In this document: one piece after another, positions 1-12,029 of the stretch
Layout: every line of letters begins with the position of its first letter
Numbering within the stretch: the stretch's first letter is position 1
NCBI GenBank assembly: GCA_951406725.2
Contig: OX597824.1
Coordinates: 10,540,001 to 10,604,000, forward strand
DNA from: Octopus vulgaris
Taxonomy: Eukaryota
DNA: 64,000 nt
Direction: 5' to 3'
Made by a program: the position numbers and the translations under genes
The notes under the pieces: model-generated
Told to the model about the DNA's origin: nothing
What the model saw: the letters and a program-made list of their open reading frames with translations, nothing else
Databases searched by the model: none

Positions 1-441
1 AGGCGGGTTGGTATCAAAAGGGTTGGTTAAAAATATCATGGTGACTTTAACCCTTTAGCTACCATATTTCTGATGAGATGCTCCGCGTTTCTTTCAATTA
101 ATTTAAAATTTAACAAAGAATTTAGTAAACTAACTTAGTTACCATTAAGCTAGTGTTAGGAACATAAATTGTGACTAAGATTTGGTGGAAGATTTTAATT
201 CAAAACTAATGAAAACAAGACATTTGTACTACAGAGCCAGAGGTGGTTTAAGGCGGGTTGGTATCAAAAGGGTTGGTTAAAAATATCATGGTGACTTTAA
301 CCCTTTCGTTACTGTATTTATTTTGAGATGCTCTGTGTTTCTTTCAATTAATTTAAAATATATCAAAGAATTTAGTAAACTAACTTAATTACCATTAAGC
401 TAGTGTTAGGAACATAAATTGTGACTAAGGTTTGGTGGAAG
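1..441. mobile_element. Tandem copies (250 bp period) of a piggyBac-type MITE (family M1)
   Basis: Position 1 matches 251. Units start TTAA-CCCTTT and end AAAGGGTT; the second unit is truncated at about 441. The same element occurs at 7747-7963 (inverted) and 56891-57429. Confidence 0.75.
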
Positions 442-1120
442 AAACCACGTGGTTGGGAAGCAACTTCTCAACCATTCACTGATGCCTGCACCATTGTTAA
501 TAATGAGCTTTTAGGACAGAAAAGAATCCTGCATAAAATACTGTGTTAAATATGTGTTAAGAGACAGAGCTAAGAATGACCAATGTAGGCATAATCAATT
601 CATAGTCACAGAGGAAAATGCTGTGCTGTGTATTGATTATTACACGATTCTGCTTTACTTTGAGAAACACAAGATGTCTCTCTGCTTCTTCCATATTTTC
701 TTCAACCAGCAGTTAACTATCAGTGCCATCAATTGTCAACACTTTATTTTCTTTTGCATTTAGCTCTGTTACCTTGTATATTTGCTGCTGCTGCTGCAAT
801 AATAATAATCCTTTCTACTAAAGGCACATGGCTTGAAATCTGGTGGGGAGGGGACTAGCCCCGGTGTTTCACTGGTATTTAATTTATCAACCCAAAAAAG
901 GATGAAAGGCAAAGTCATCCTCAGCGGAATCAGGACATTAAGATGGACGAAATGCCACTAAATATTTTGCCCAGCATCCTAACAATTCTGCCAGCTTGCT
1001 GCTTTGACAATAAATAATAATATTGATTTTAAATTTTGGCACATGGCCAGAAATTTTGGGGGAAAGTGCTGGTCAATTACATCAACCCCAGTGTTCAACT
1101 GGTACTTATTTAATCAACCC

Positions 1121-1385
1121 TGCTAAGTTACGGATGACATAAACACACCAGCATCGGTTGTCAAGTGATGTTGGGGAGGGACAGACACACAAACACACAT
1201 TTACATACATATACATATATACGATGAGCTTCTTTCAGTTTCCGTCTAACAAATTCATTCACAAGGCTTTGGTTGGCCTGAGGCTATAGTAGAAGACACT
1301 TGCCCAAGGTGCCATGCAGTAGGACTGAACCCAGAACCATGTGGTTGGTTAGCAAGCTACTTACTAGCACAGCCATTCCTGCACC
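1121..1385 (-). mobile_element. tRNA-derived SINE family C, partial
   Basis: Matches the full copy at 39977-40376 in reverse complement. Confidence 0.8.
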
Positions 1386-1544
1386 TTAATAATAATAATA
1401 ATGATAATAAGTGCCATCTTATATTCTTCAAAAATCCTAAAGAAGTGTCCTGAGATCTGAGGAAACTTGTCACCAAACCTCAAGATAAAATACCTATTTA
1501 CTAAATTAGCAAGCTCTAGTGTAATAATAATAATAGTAATAATA

Positions 1545-2046
1545 TGGAAGTGTTATCATGTACATTGTTTTGTCTTAGTATAAAAGATAGGCTACAGCAA
1601 ATATTCTGTTCAATACCACAGATTTGCTTGTCAATTGTTTGACCATAACCAGTTGAGCATGTCCCTTAGTGGCTGATGATATGTGCATCTCTGATCACGA
1701 GCGGAAATAGTGGGGGAGCATCATAGCCATGTATTAAGAAGGATTCTTTGGGGTTTGAATAATTCATCTCTGGAAACATATGTGTTTCGTTCAACATCCT
1801 TAAACAACCTTTATTCAGGGACCTTTTGTGCAGGATGGGTTACTCGACCAGAAGAAAATTCTAACTGGGCCCCACCTGCAAGGTCATGCACTGTTTATCT
1901 TGATATGAGATCACCATGTTGCGCACACATGGTTGTGATACATGTGCCTAGTGTACCCTTATCAGACGGGTAGTCATGATGGGTGTACTGGGCTTCGTAT
2001 ATTTTACCCCAGTGTCACTTTGATGGCATGCATTGCTCTCTCACTC

Positions 2047-2077
<31 letters not shown>
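1545..2077 (+). mobile_element. Interspersed repeat with (AAT)n tail, SINE or LINE 3' end
   Basis: Ends in ctctcactc(aat)n. Part of it recurs inverted at about 61475-61560. Confidence 0.55.
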
Positions 2078-2465
2078 GTTTCAAATTTTGGCTCAAGGCC
2101 AGCAATTGTGGAAGGGGACTAATCAATTTCATTGACCTCAGTGCTCAATTGGTCCTTATTTCATCAATTCCAAAATGATGAAAGGCCAAATTGTTCTCAG
2201 CAATATTTGAACTCAGAACATAAAGATGAACAAAATGGTGCTAATGATTCTGCCAACTCACCACTTTAATAATAATAATAATGTTTCAAATTTTGGCACA
2301 AAGTCAGAAGTTTCGGGGTAGGGGGCAAGTCGATTACATCAACCCCAGTGTTCAACTGGTACTTATTTAATCAACCCTGTATGGATGAAAGGTAAAGTCA
2401 ACCATGGCAGAATTTGAACTCAGAAAGTAAAGACAGGCAAAGTGCCACTAAGCATTTTTTGCCTG

Positions 2466-2785
2466 GGTGGCACGTAAAAAGCACCATCCGAATCGTGGCC
2501 GAAGCCAGTGCCGCCTCGACTGGCTTCCGTGCAGGTGGCACATAAAATGCACCAATCCGACCGTGGCCGATGCCAGCCTTGCCTGGCACCAGTGCAGGTG
2601 GCACGTAAAAAGCACCCACTACGCTCACGGAGTGGTTGGCGTTAGGAAGGGCATCCAGTTGTAGAAACATTGCCAGATAAGACAGGAGCCTGGTGCAGCC
2701 ATCTGGCTTCCCAGATCCCCGGTCAAACCGTCCAACCCATGCTAGCATGGAAAGCAGACGTTAAACGATGATGATGATGATGATG
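2466..2785 (+). mobile_element. (GAT)n-tailed retroposon family A, nested in a SINE B copy
   Basis: gtggcacgtaaaaagcacc units, then ggttggcgttaggaagggcatccag...gtccaacccatgctagcatgg...(gat)n. SINE B sequence resumes at 2786. Confidence 0.85.
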
Positions 2786-2812
2786 TGCTAACAACTCAGC
2801 CAGCTTGCTGTC

Positions 2813-2844
<32 letters not shown>

Positions 2845-3057
2845 CCTTTCTATTACAGGCACAAGGCCTGAAATTTCTTTGGAGGGGTTTAGTTGATTAC
2901 ATCAATCCCAGTGTTTTACTGGTACTTGATCTATCGACCCCAAAAGGATGAAAGGCAAAGTCAACCTTGGTGGGATTTGAACTCCGAATGTGGCGATGGG
3001 CGAAGTACTGCTAAGCATTTCATCCAGCATGCTAACAATTTTGCCAGCTTGCCACCT
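2845..3057 (-). mobile_element. SINE family B variant between (AAT)n tracts
   Basis: Reverse complement of the gagttcaaat...tttgcctttcatcctt...gtcgat core. Similar copies lie at about 805-1005 and 2080-2460. Confidence 0.75.
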
Positions 3058-3609
3058 TAATAATAATAATAATAATAATAGTTTCAAATTTTGGCCTAAT
3101 AATAATGATGATGATAATAATGCTTACTTGACCTTTTGACACATCATTTTCCTCTCAAAAAAGAAAAAAACAATTTGATGTGGGAGATAATTTGTGTTCT
3201 CATTTTTTTTTTTCTCTCCCTATCATTTTACCATGGAATACATTTTTCCCAAGCCTTTTCATTGCACTGACTAAAAACGATAACCTTTTTCTTTTTTTTT
3301 TTGTGTATGTGTGGTTGTAATATGAAGTTCATTCTTCTGGCTCATATTAAATACCTGTTTATTGTCTTCTGATGCTTCAGTAGTAACTGGCCTACTTCTT
3401 GGTAACCTTGTTTTTCTATCTCCACTTTTACCATCATCACCATCACACTACTGTCAGCCACCACAATCGTGTTTATCTCTGACTTTTGGGGAACCAAGTA
3501 TAATCAATTCTGTGCACTTGGAACACAAGAACCAAGTTTCTGAGATTCTCCACATTTCATATGACATGGTATACACATTTTACTTTTACTGGACTGTAAA
3601 AAGAGGTTC

Positions 3610-4190
3610 ATCATCATCATCATCATCATCATCACCCATCATCATCATCATCGCTTAATGTCGGTTTTCTGTGCTAGCACGGGTTGGACAGTTCGACCGG
3701 AGTCTGGGAAGCCAGGAGGCTGCACCAGGCTCCAGTCTGATCTGGCAATGTTTCTACAGCTGGATGCCCTTCCTAATGCCAACCACTCTGTGAGTGTAGT
3801 GGGTGCTTTTTACGTGCCACCGGCACAGGTGCCAGGGGAGGCTGGCAGCGACCACAATCAGTTGGTGCTTTTTATGTGCCACCGGCTCAGGTGCCAGGGG
3901 AGGCTGGCAGCGACCACAATCAGTTGGTGCTTTTTATGTGCCACCGGCTCAGGTGCCAGGGGAGGCTGGCAGCGACCACGATCAGTTGGTGCTTTTTACA
4001 TGCCACCGGCACAGGTGCCAGGGGAAGCTGGCAGCGACCAAGATCGGTTGGTGCTTTTTACGTGCCACCGGCACAGGTGCCAGGGGAGGCTGGCAGCGAC
4101 CACGATCAGTTGGTGCTTTTTACGTGCCACCGGCACAGAAACCAGTCATGGCAGCACTGGCACGTCGGATGGTGCTTTTTACATGCCACT
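3610..4190 (-). mobile_element. Family A retroposon with about 6 internal tandem units of ~62 bp
   Basis: (atc)n tail at 3610-3650, and a repeated ggtgctttttacgtgccaccggcacaggtgccaggggaggctggcagcgaccac unit. Confidence 0.9.
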
Positions 4191-5766
4191 GGGACAACCA
4201 ATTTGCATATGATTATCTGGTTATATCACCATCTAAGATTTAATCAATGCAGTAAGAATTAGGAACCACAGTGGTAGTTCAATCCCAGATCAGCTCAGAA
4301 TTTGAAGACCCATGATCAAAAGCATTCTAGCCATGATCAATCTATCTTTTCAGACTTAGTTCATCTCAGACTACAATATCCAATGTGGCTTTCTTTTCTT
4401 TTTTTTTTTACTATTCCCTCTTCTTTTTTTTTAATAATGAGCACGCCAGGCAAAATGTTTAGCGGTATTTCGTCTGTTTTTACGTTCTGAGTTCAAATTC
4501 TATCGAGGTAACTTAGTGGTCCAGCCATTGAGACCGATACAATACATACCAAGCTTTAAAAAAATATAGTACTGGGGTTAATTCATTCAACTAAAAGTTT
4601 TACCAGGCAGTGCCCCAGGATTGCTACAGTCTAATGACTGAAACAGGTAAAAGGTTAGAAAATATCTAATGTGTCCTTTCATTATTTCAGACAGTGAAGT
4701 TTCAGTTTGTAGAACATTTGGCTACTATTTCCAGCAGGTTGAGGAATCACATAGAAGCTCCTACATTTACTCACAGTATCAGTTGGTGCTTAGCTCCAGT
4801 TTCAAGATATGAAGTGCATGGAAGATAAATTGATAGAAAACCAATCTACTTATAATTGATAGAATGCCAGTACATTCTCAGAGTCTCTACTACGTATTCC
4901 CAGCAGTTAGGTAAACTAACTTCTCCATATGCTTCATCTAAATACCAGCATCATCCTCAAGTCTACTGGAAACATACATATGCATAACCATTTTTCTGGT
5001 ATGCTGAGTATTTCCTTTCCGGGTGTTTGTTGAAGTGCATTAATCCAGCTATGCTGGGATTACATAGGAGTTCATCAGGAAGTGATTACTTTTTGAGGAG
5101 TTCACTACCAATCACTTTTGAGCACTTGGTTGCAGTTGAGATAACCATTATCTCCCCACACCAAAACACCTGTTCCTCTATCATATTTTTAAACCTCACC
5201 TCACCTGGATTAAAACTTCTTCCCTCAGTACTATTTCTCCTTTGCTTCAGGGATCTTGTCTTGTAAGTTAATTAGTGACCTTACTATTATTGCTGGTGCC
5301 ACATAAAAAGCACCCAGTGCATTCTCTAAAGTTGTTGGCATTAGGTACGGCATCTATCTGTAGGAACCGTACCAAAGCAGACATTGAAGTTTGGTGTAGT
5401 TTTCTGGCTCACCAGCTCCTGTCAAACCGCCCAACCGATGCCAGCATAGGAAATGGACATTAAATGATGATGATACTGCTGTTGTTTAACAGATGCTGTC
5501 TGGATGATACCATATGACACTTAAAGAATGCTTGCACTAATCTTAAACTCTTTCTCCCTCTTTGGACATAAAGCCTGGAGGAATGGAAGTGATTTTCAAA
5601 AGGTATTATTTACCCCTACATCAGCTGGCATCTTAGACAGAACTGGTTGCAACACTCAAGGTAGCTGCTGAGGGGTATCCAGGATTCATGACCTGATACT
5701 GCAAAAGTATTGTGGGATATTATTATCTTGCTGTAAGAGTAAAGCTCTGCTATATCTTTTATCATA

Positions 5767-5997
5767 GGCGGCGAGCTGGCAGAAACGTTAGCACGCTGGG
5801 CGAAATGCTTAGCGGTATTTTGTCTGTCGTTACGTTCTAAGTTCAAATTCCGTCGAGGTCGACTTTGCCTTTCATCCTTTCGGGATCGATAAATAAAGTA
5901 CCAGTTTCGCACTGGGATCGATGTAATCAACTTAATCCCTTTGTCTGTCCTTGTTTGTCCTCGCTATGTTTAGCCCCTTGTGGGTAGTAAAGAAATA
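5767..5997 (+). mobile_element. tRNA-derived SINE family B, full length
   Basis: ggcggcgagctggcagaa head (A-box-like), gttcaaattcc (B-box-like), ends tgggtagtaaagaaata. More than 10 copies in the window. Confidence 0.9.
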
Positions 5998-5999
5998 TA

Positions 6000-7540
6000 T
6001 ATCTTTTAAGTCTGGTATAATATTCTTTGGTCACTCACTTTGTTCACAGCACCTTTGTATATATTTCTGTCAATATCTAGGTATTTGTAACACTTGTTTG
6101 GTACAGGAAGACAGAAAGATTATTGATGTTATTGGGTTTTGCAAAACAGTTTTTCTGCATTCAGCTATCAAATATGAGCATTTCTTTTGGCCAAATTCCA
6201 TCCCAATATCAGCAGAAATGTTGTTACTAAATGCAACTGTTTCTCAGCATTGGAAATATTTGTGGTAAAAATCATTAGATTGTCCAAAAAGAAAACATAC
6301 ATTCCATTAATGTCTTTTGCTGTTGTAGTTCTTAGCTATATTACTGGGTTTTTGTGAAAGAAATGGCAGTGTACTCCGTGCCAGTATAAACAGAAGCTCA
6401 GACAGATTGTCTCCTTTAAATATTCCCTTTGAAATATAAACATCAGAGACAGCCACTCCACTTTCAGTTACAAGTATGAATATTAGTTGACTAGGTTTTT
6501 GTGAGCCTTTCAGTGGTAATGGGTACTTTTGCTAGCTGCAAAAGTGGTAACAGGTACTTTTGCTAACTGCACTGACTTTGACAGCCACGAATAAGGTATA
6601 GAATCAAATTCTTTTCTGTAATCAAGCCAAATTGTCGCATAGCTACAAAAATGGTAACAGGTACTTTTGTTTGCTGCAAAAATGGTAACAGGTACTTTTG
6701 CTAGCTGCACTGACTTTGGCAGCCATGAGCGAAGGAGGTAAAGAATCAAATTCTTTTCTGTAATCAAACCAAACTCTCACAAGATTTTCTTCCTGCAGAT
6801 AACACAGCTTTATTTCTCAGAAGTTCTTTGGCACATCATCCTCACACTGTCTTCTTTACTTGCTCATCAGCCACTATATTGTTGGATTGCAATGATCTTG
6901 GAGGCATTGGTTGAAATAACTTGTGTAAAGTTTGTATATAATATTTAGGCAATCATTGGAGCCTATGTTTCTCTGCCAAGTCAGTGTTTTCATTCTACAT
7001 TTTATGCTTTGACAAACCAATTGAACATGTCAGTCTGGCTTTCCATAGTTCTTTGAAATATATTTATCAACAAGTCTCTGTAGATTGTCAATACCTTCTA
7101 CCATTATCCATTTCTTGGTGCCACCCCCATTATGCAGGTTTACCCCAGCTTCGTTGAAAGCTTCAAACTTGATTATGTAAGGTTTCCTGTTTCCTGTTAG
7201 TGTTAGTGCAATATTCTTTCTTGACAGTATTCAACTATGATACATTCTGATTAAAATCTTTGCTTTCATTTCCAGATCTAAGGCCAAAATAATTTAAGAT
7301 CTTCCTAAGAAGAGAGCTCTTTTTACAAAGATATAATTTTCTTCATCCTTCTGCCTGTGGATTAGAAGCAAATTTCTGGTTAATACTGACTTCTAACGTT
7401 TCTTTCTAATAACAGTTTTTCATTCACTATCTTGAGATTTTGCTTTAAATTTCTTAATTTTCCTTTAAGATGTTTCCATGTAGAATCTCCACAAATATTT
7501 GTTAATTTTTTTCTTCATAAGATGTAGTTGATATGCTGTG
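6000..7540 (-). pseudogene. Highly decayed non-LTR retrotransposon RT (R4/Dong-like)
   Basis: ORF 6510-6767 contains WLDYRKEFDSIPYSWL, resembling the WIDYKKAYDSVPHSWI RT motif. That segment is locally duplicated. Boundaries are approximate. Confidence 0.55.
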
Positions 7541-7581
7541 AACTTATTCGTCTAATATCTGATGATGATTTTTAACCCTTT

Positions 7582-7746
7582 AACTACACTCCCGGAGTGG
7601 TTGGCGTTAGGAAGGGCATCCAGCTGTAGAAACTCTGCTAAATCAAGATTGAAGACTGGTGCAACCATCTGGTTCGCCAGCCCTCAGTCAAAATCGTCCA
7701 ACCCATGCTAGCATGGAAAGCAGACGTTAAACAATGATGATGATGA
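7582..7746 (+). mobile_element. 5'-truncated family A retroposon with 9 bp TSD
   Basis: Flanked by taacccttt at 7573-7581 and 7747-7755. Confidence 0.85.
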
Positions 7747-7963
7747 TAACCCTTTTGATACCAACCCAGCTCTGGCTCTGTAGTACAAATGTCTTGTTTT
7801 CATAAGTTTTGAATTAAAATCTTCCACAAACCTTAGTCACAATTTATGTTCCTTACACTAGCTGAATGATAACTAAGTTAGTTTACTAAATTCTTTCTTA
7901 TATTTGAAGTAATTGAAAGAAGCACAGAGCATCTCAAAATAAATACAATAACAAAAGGGTTAA
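7747..7963. mobile_element. piggyBac-type MITE M1
   Basis: aacccttt ... aaagggttaa termini; inverted relative to the copies at 1-441. Confidence 0.75.
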
Positions 7964-8166
7964 CATTCAGATTACTCTGTCAAGTGTCACATTGGTTTTA
8001 AGTTAATCCTGCATTATTTCATAGCTTCGAGGTTTTGATGATGTAATTGCGTATTTTCACAATGGCATTGTAGGATAGCTGTGAGAGGCCAGATTTTGCC
8101 AATTTGCACATAAAACAAGTCAAATATTTGGACTATATATAGCTAGTTTAAATGCTAAAGAGTTAA
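7960..8166. mobile_element. piggyBac-type MITE family M2
   Basis: cattcagattactctgtcaa ... tttaaatgctaaagagttaa. Further copies at 17533-17756, 23641-24126, 24123-24325 and 58382-59365. Confidence 0.7.
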
Positions 8167-8216
8167 ATATTCTTTTCTGTATACATTGTTTGCTTATGTA
8201 ATGTTTTGCAAATATC

Positions 8217-8741
8217 TCATTGGTATTCATTCAGAATAACAGCATCCGTATACAAGCTGGTATTGATAATCAAATGCATTATTACATTTTTTTTATTTTG
8301 TATTGTGTCTCCAGTGATATCATCTATAACTTCTAACAAGAAAATGATCTTTTTTTTCCCTCTTTCCTCATCAAAAGACTTATTTAACGATAGCTTAGAG
8401 AAATTGGAAAAAAAATGATTTTCAATCATTGGTTTTAAAATGCTCTTAAGCTGCGTATATTCCACAAGCATCTCTGTCAGACTAGCTCTGTACAGAGATA
8501 TCCGAGAGTCGTGTGATGGCGACAATGACAGCATTGGTTTGTTTACATTTTTATTAGTTTCTTCCATGACAGTTTGGAGCTGGTTCTGAATATCTTTCAG
8601 AAAATCGACAAGTTTCACAAGGGTTGGAATAATGATTACCATCTGTGACAGCCATTTTACAGGCAAATAAAGATATTTATTGTTGAAGCTGTCAAGCCAT
8701 GAGATGGCTTGGGTTTTGGTAAGCTTCGTTCCAGTTGGGTT
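8217..8741 (-). pseudogene. Decayed coding remnant, possibly the C-terminus of a Penelope-like element (RT thumb/GIY-YIG)
   Basis: About 175 open codons in non-repetitive sequence, with weak by-eye resemblance to PLE C-termini (SLTEMLVEY..NHF..LEVID..NTSLY..LNE). Confidence 0.3.
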
Positions 8742-8762
8742 TTAACTACTTCATATAGCTAA

Positions 8763-9146
8763 CTAGCAGTATCACCCGGCGTTGCTCAGGTTTGTAAGGG
8801 AAATAACTATAAAGCATTTTTAGAGTTATAGCCAAAAAATAGCAAAAAAATGGGGGAAAATGATGGTAAATTTTTTTTTTTTTTAGTTAAAAAAGGTGGA
8901 GTTGCGCCCCCTAGACAGTTTGCGGTTTGTGTTTCTGATTCTCGACCCCATGTCGAATTTATCGATTTTTTCAGAACTGGGGGAACTTTTCAAAATTTTC
9001 GCTGCGTTAGTTTTGAATTATGACATTGGGCTATGTGTGTGTCAAGTTTCATCAGAATCGGTTGAAAGCCGTGGTCAGGGTGAGGGTACAAGCAAACAGA
9101 CACACAGAAACACGCACAGACAAACTGCCGTTTATATAGAGAGAGA
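8763..9146 (-). mobile_element. Non-autonomous Helitron
   Basis: The minus strand starts TC and ends with hairpin cctgagcaacgccggg followed by CTAG. Inserted between A and T with no TSD. It shares its 3' end with 42271-42659. Confidence 0.8.
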
Positions 9147-9329
9147 TAGAAGGCAGTTTACAAGATTTTTCATAGCACTAGAGCATATTTCGGTATAAAT
9201 TCAAAGACCAAGCAGCGTTAGAAAATCATATCATCTCAGATGGTAATTTTAATATCAGTATTGATACTGTCGATAATGTCAACCTTGTTTGTATAATCAA
9301 AAGCTGACATTCTCTCTTTTTTTTTTTCC

Positions 9330-9706
9330 CTCTTTTTACTTGTTTCAGTCATTTGACTGCTACCATGCTGGAGCACTGCCTTTAGGACTTATTCTTTGTA
9401 AGCCCAGTACTTATTCTATCAGTCTCTTTTTGCCAAACCGCTAAGTTACGGGGACATAACACACTAGCTTTGGTTGTCAAACGATGTTGGGAAGGGACAA
9501 ACATACACACTCACACACACACATACATATATATACATATATACGGCGGGCTTCTTTCAGTTTCCGTCTACCAAATCCACTCACAAGGCTTTGGTCAGCC
9601 CGAGGCTATAATAGAAGACACTTGCCCAAGGTGCTACGTAGTGGGACTGAACCCGGAACCATGTGGTTGGTAAGCAAGCTACTTACCACACAGCCACTCC
9701 TGTGCC
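9330..9706 (-). mobile_element. SINE family C
   Basis: Head to tail match to other C copies, with an internal (TA/CA) microsatellite. Confidence 0.9.
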
Positions 9707-9822
9707 TACATGGTGAAAAATGTGAGTCCCTCCCCCCATAAGCAAAAGGTGTAGGAAAACAGTTACTGATCTAGGCATAGTTAGGAGGCTGGCACAATTG
9801 TAAAAGAAAACATGCATATTAA

Positions 9823-10563
9823 TGTGTGTGTATGTATTTATATATATATATATATATATATGTATATGTATATGTATATATATATGTATATGTATATATA
9901 TATGTATATATATATGTATATATATATGTATATATATATATGTATATATATATGTATATATATATGTATGTATATATATATGTATGTATATATATATGTA
10001 TGTATATATATATGTATGTATATATATATGTATGTATATATATATGTATGTATATATATATGTATGTATATATATATATATGTATGTATATATATATATA
10101 TGTATGTATGTATATGTATATATATATGTATGTATATATATATGTATGTATATGTATATATATATGTATATATATATGTATGTATATATATATGTATGTA
10201 TATATATATGTATGTATATATATGTATATATGTATGTATATATATGTATGTGTATATATATGTATGTATATATGTATGTATATATATATGTATATATATG
10301 TATATATATATGTATATATATGTATATATATATGTATATACATGTATATATATGTATATATATGTATATATATGTATATATATGTATATATATGTATGTA
10401 TATATGTATATATGTATGTATATATATGTATATATATGTATGTATATATGTATATATGTATGTATATATATATGTATATATATGTATATATATATGTATA
10501 TATGTATGTATATATATATGTATATATATGTATATATATATGTATATATATGTATATATATAT
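9823..10563. repeat. (TA)n/(TATG) compound microsatellite
   Basis: Direct inspection. Confidence 0.97.
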
Positions 10564-12029
10564 AAATCCTTAAAATCCTTAAAAATGTTTTAGCCCGAAG
10601 GCCGCGGCCATGCTGGGGCACCACCGCTGAATGAGCCACACTAGTTTGTGAATCCACCTCTGATACGTGGCACTTGATCAAGAAGGGAGTTCGATGCTGC
10701 TGCCCGCATCCGTGTCTCCTGTCGTGAGGTAGGTTCATCTGGGACTCCCAACAAGAAGAGATCCAGTTTAGTTTTAAAGAAACCCACATCCACACCATGT
10801 AAGTCTCTCAGGCATTTAGGGAGGATGTTGAAAAGCTGTGGTCCTCTGAAACCCAAGCTGTTGCAGTATCTGGACCTGTATTTTGATGGTGATGTTGGAA
10901 TCCTTGGCACCACGCAGCGGCGCCCCGTTCTGCGGTTGGAGTAACTTTGAATGCCAAAGTTTGGGACAAGACCCTCCAGGATTTTCCAGATGTATATTAC
11001 TGCATATCTCTCCCGCCTCCGCTCCAGGGAGAAGAGGTTTAATACCTTCAGTCTTTCCCAGTAGCTGACATTTTGCATTGAGACGATTTTCTTTGTGTAG
11101 CTTCTCTGAGTTGCTTCGAGTTCTGCTGTTTGTTTTATATTGTGTGGTGACCAAAGTTGGGAGCAGTAGTCCAAGCGGCTGAGGACAAATGTTTTCCATA
11201 GGACCATCAGTGTCTCCTTCTCTCTTGTTCTGAAAGTTCGGAGAATCCATCCAGCTAGCCGTCTGCATTTTATCACCAGATTAGCAATATGCATTTGGAA
11301 AGATGCATCATTGCTCATGTCAATGCCCAGGTCACGCACTGATTTTGACTCAGGGATTGCAATTCTTCCTGGGCCAGTGTATCCAGTCTTCACGTCATTT
11401 ACCTTTGTGTGCCAGTAGCGCAGGGCCTGGAACTTACCTGCATTAAACTGCATGTTGTTGTCCTCAGCCCACCTGTATATTGTGTCCAGCTCATGTTGCA
11501 GATGCGCAATATTTTCAGGGTTCTGTATTGCGTGGGAGACCTTTGTGTCATCTGCATAGCTAGCAAGGGTGGTCATCGTAGCAACTGAAGGCATGTCTGA
11601 AAGGGCCACTATGAACATCAGTGGCCCCAAGACAGTGCCCTGTGGGACACCGCTTGTTATTTGCGTTTCCCTGGAGGTGGCTCCATTGCTCACAACTGCC
11701 TGTTTTCTGTCTTTTAGGAAGTTGTGCAGCCACTCTCCAAGTTTCCCGCCTATGCCGAGACCACGCAGTTTGTGACAGATCATACCATGGTCGACTTTAT
11801 CAAAGGCTTTTGCAAAGTCAAGATATATTACATCCACATTTGAGCCATTTAGTAGCTGTTTCAACACCCAGTCATAGTGTTGCAGGAGCTGTGTTAGGCA
11901 GCCTCTACCTGGTCGAAATCCATGCTGGGTGTCAGACAGTAAGTCATTTTCTTCAAGGAACATGATTAGTTTCTTACGGACTATTCGTTCCATGACTTTG
12001 CTGATGTGTGAGGTCAGAGAGATAGGCCT
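10564..12029 (-). mobile_element. 5'-truncated LINE (CR1/L2 group) with uninterrupted RT and C-terminal frame (10641-12029), short 3' UTR and (tttaaggat)2 tail
   Basis: [53 protein letters not shown], and [17 protein letters not shown] motifs. No endonuclease domain is present. Confidence 0.93.

Noticed and set aside
3658-4262. Repetitive ORFs (VGAFYVPPAQ...) and a CRISPR-like look
   Set aside because: These are internal tandem units of a retroposon. The spacers are near-identical rather than unique, the context is eukaryotic and there are no cas genes.
9683-10798. Long YIYI/MYVC ORFs here and at 12028-12723, 27443-27993, 29261-30319 and 39057-39468
   Set aside because: Translations of TA/TG microsatellites.
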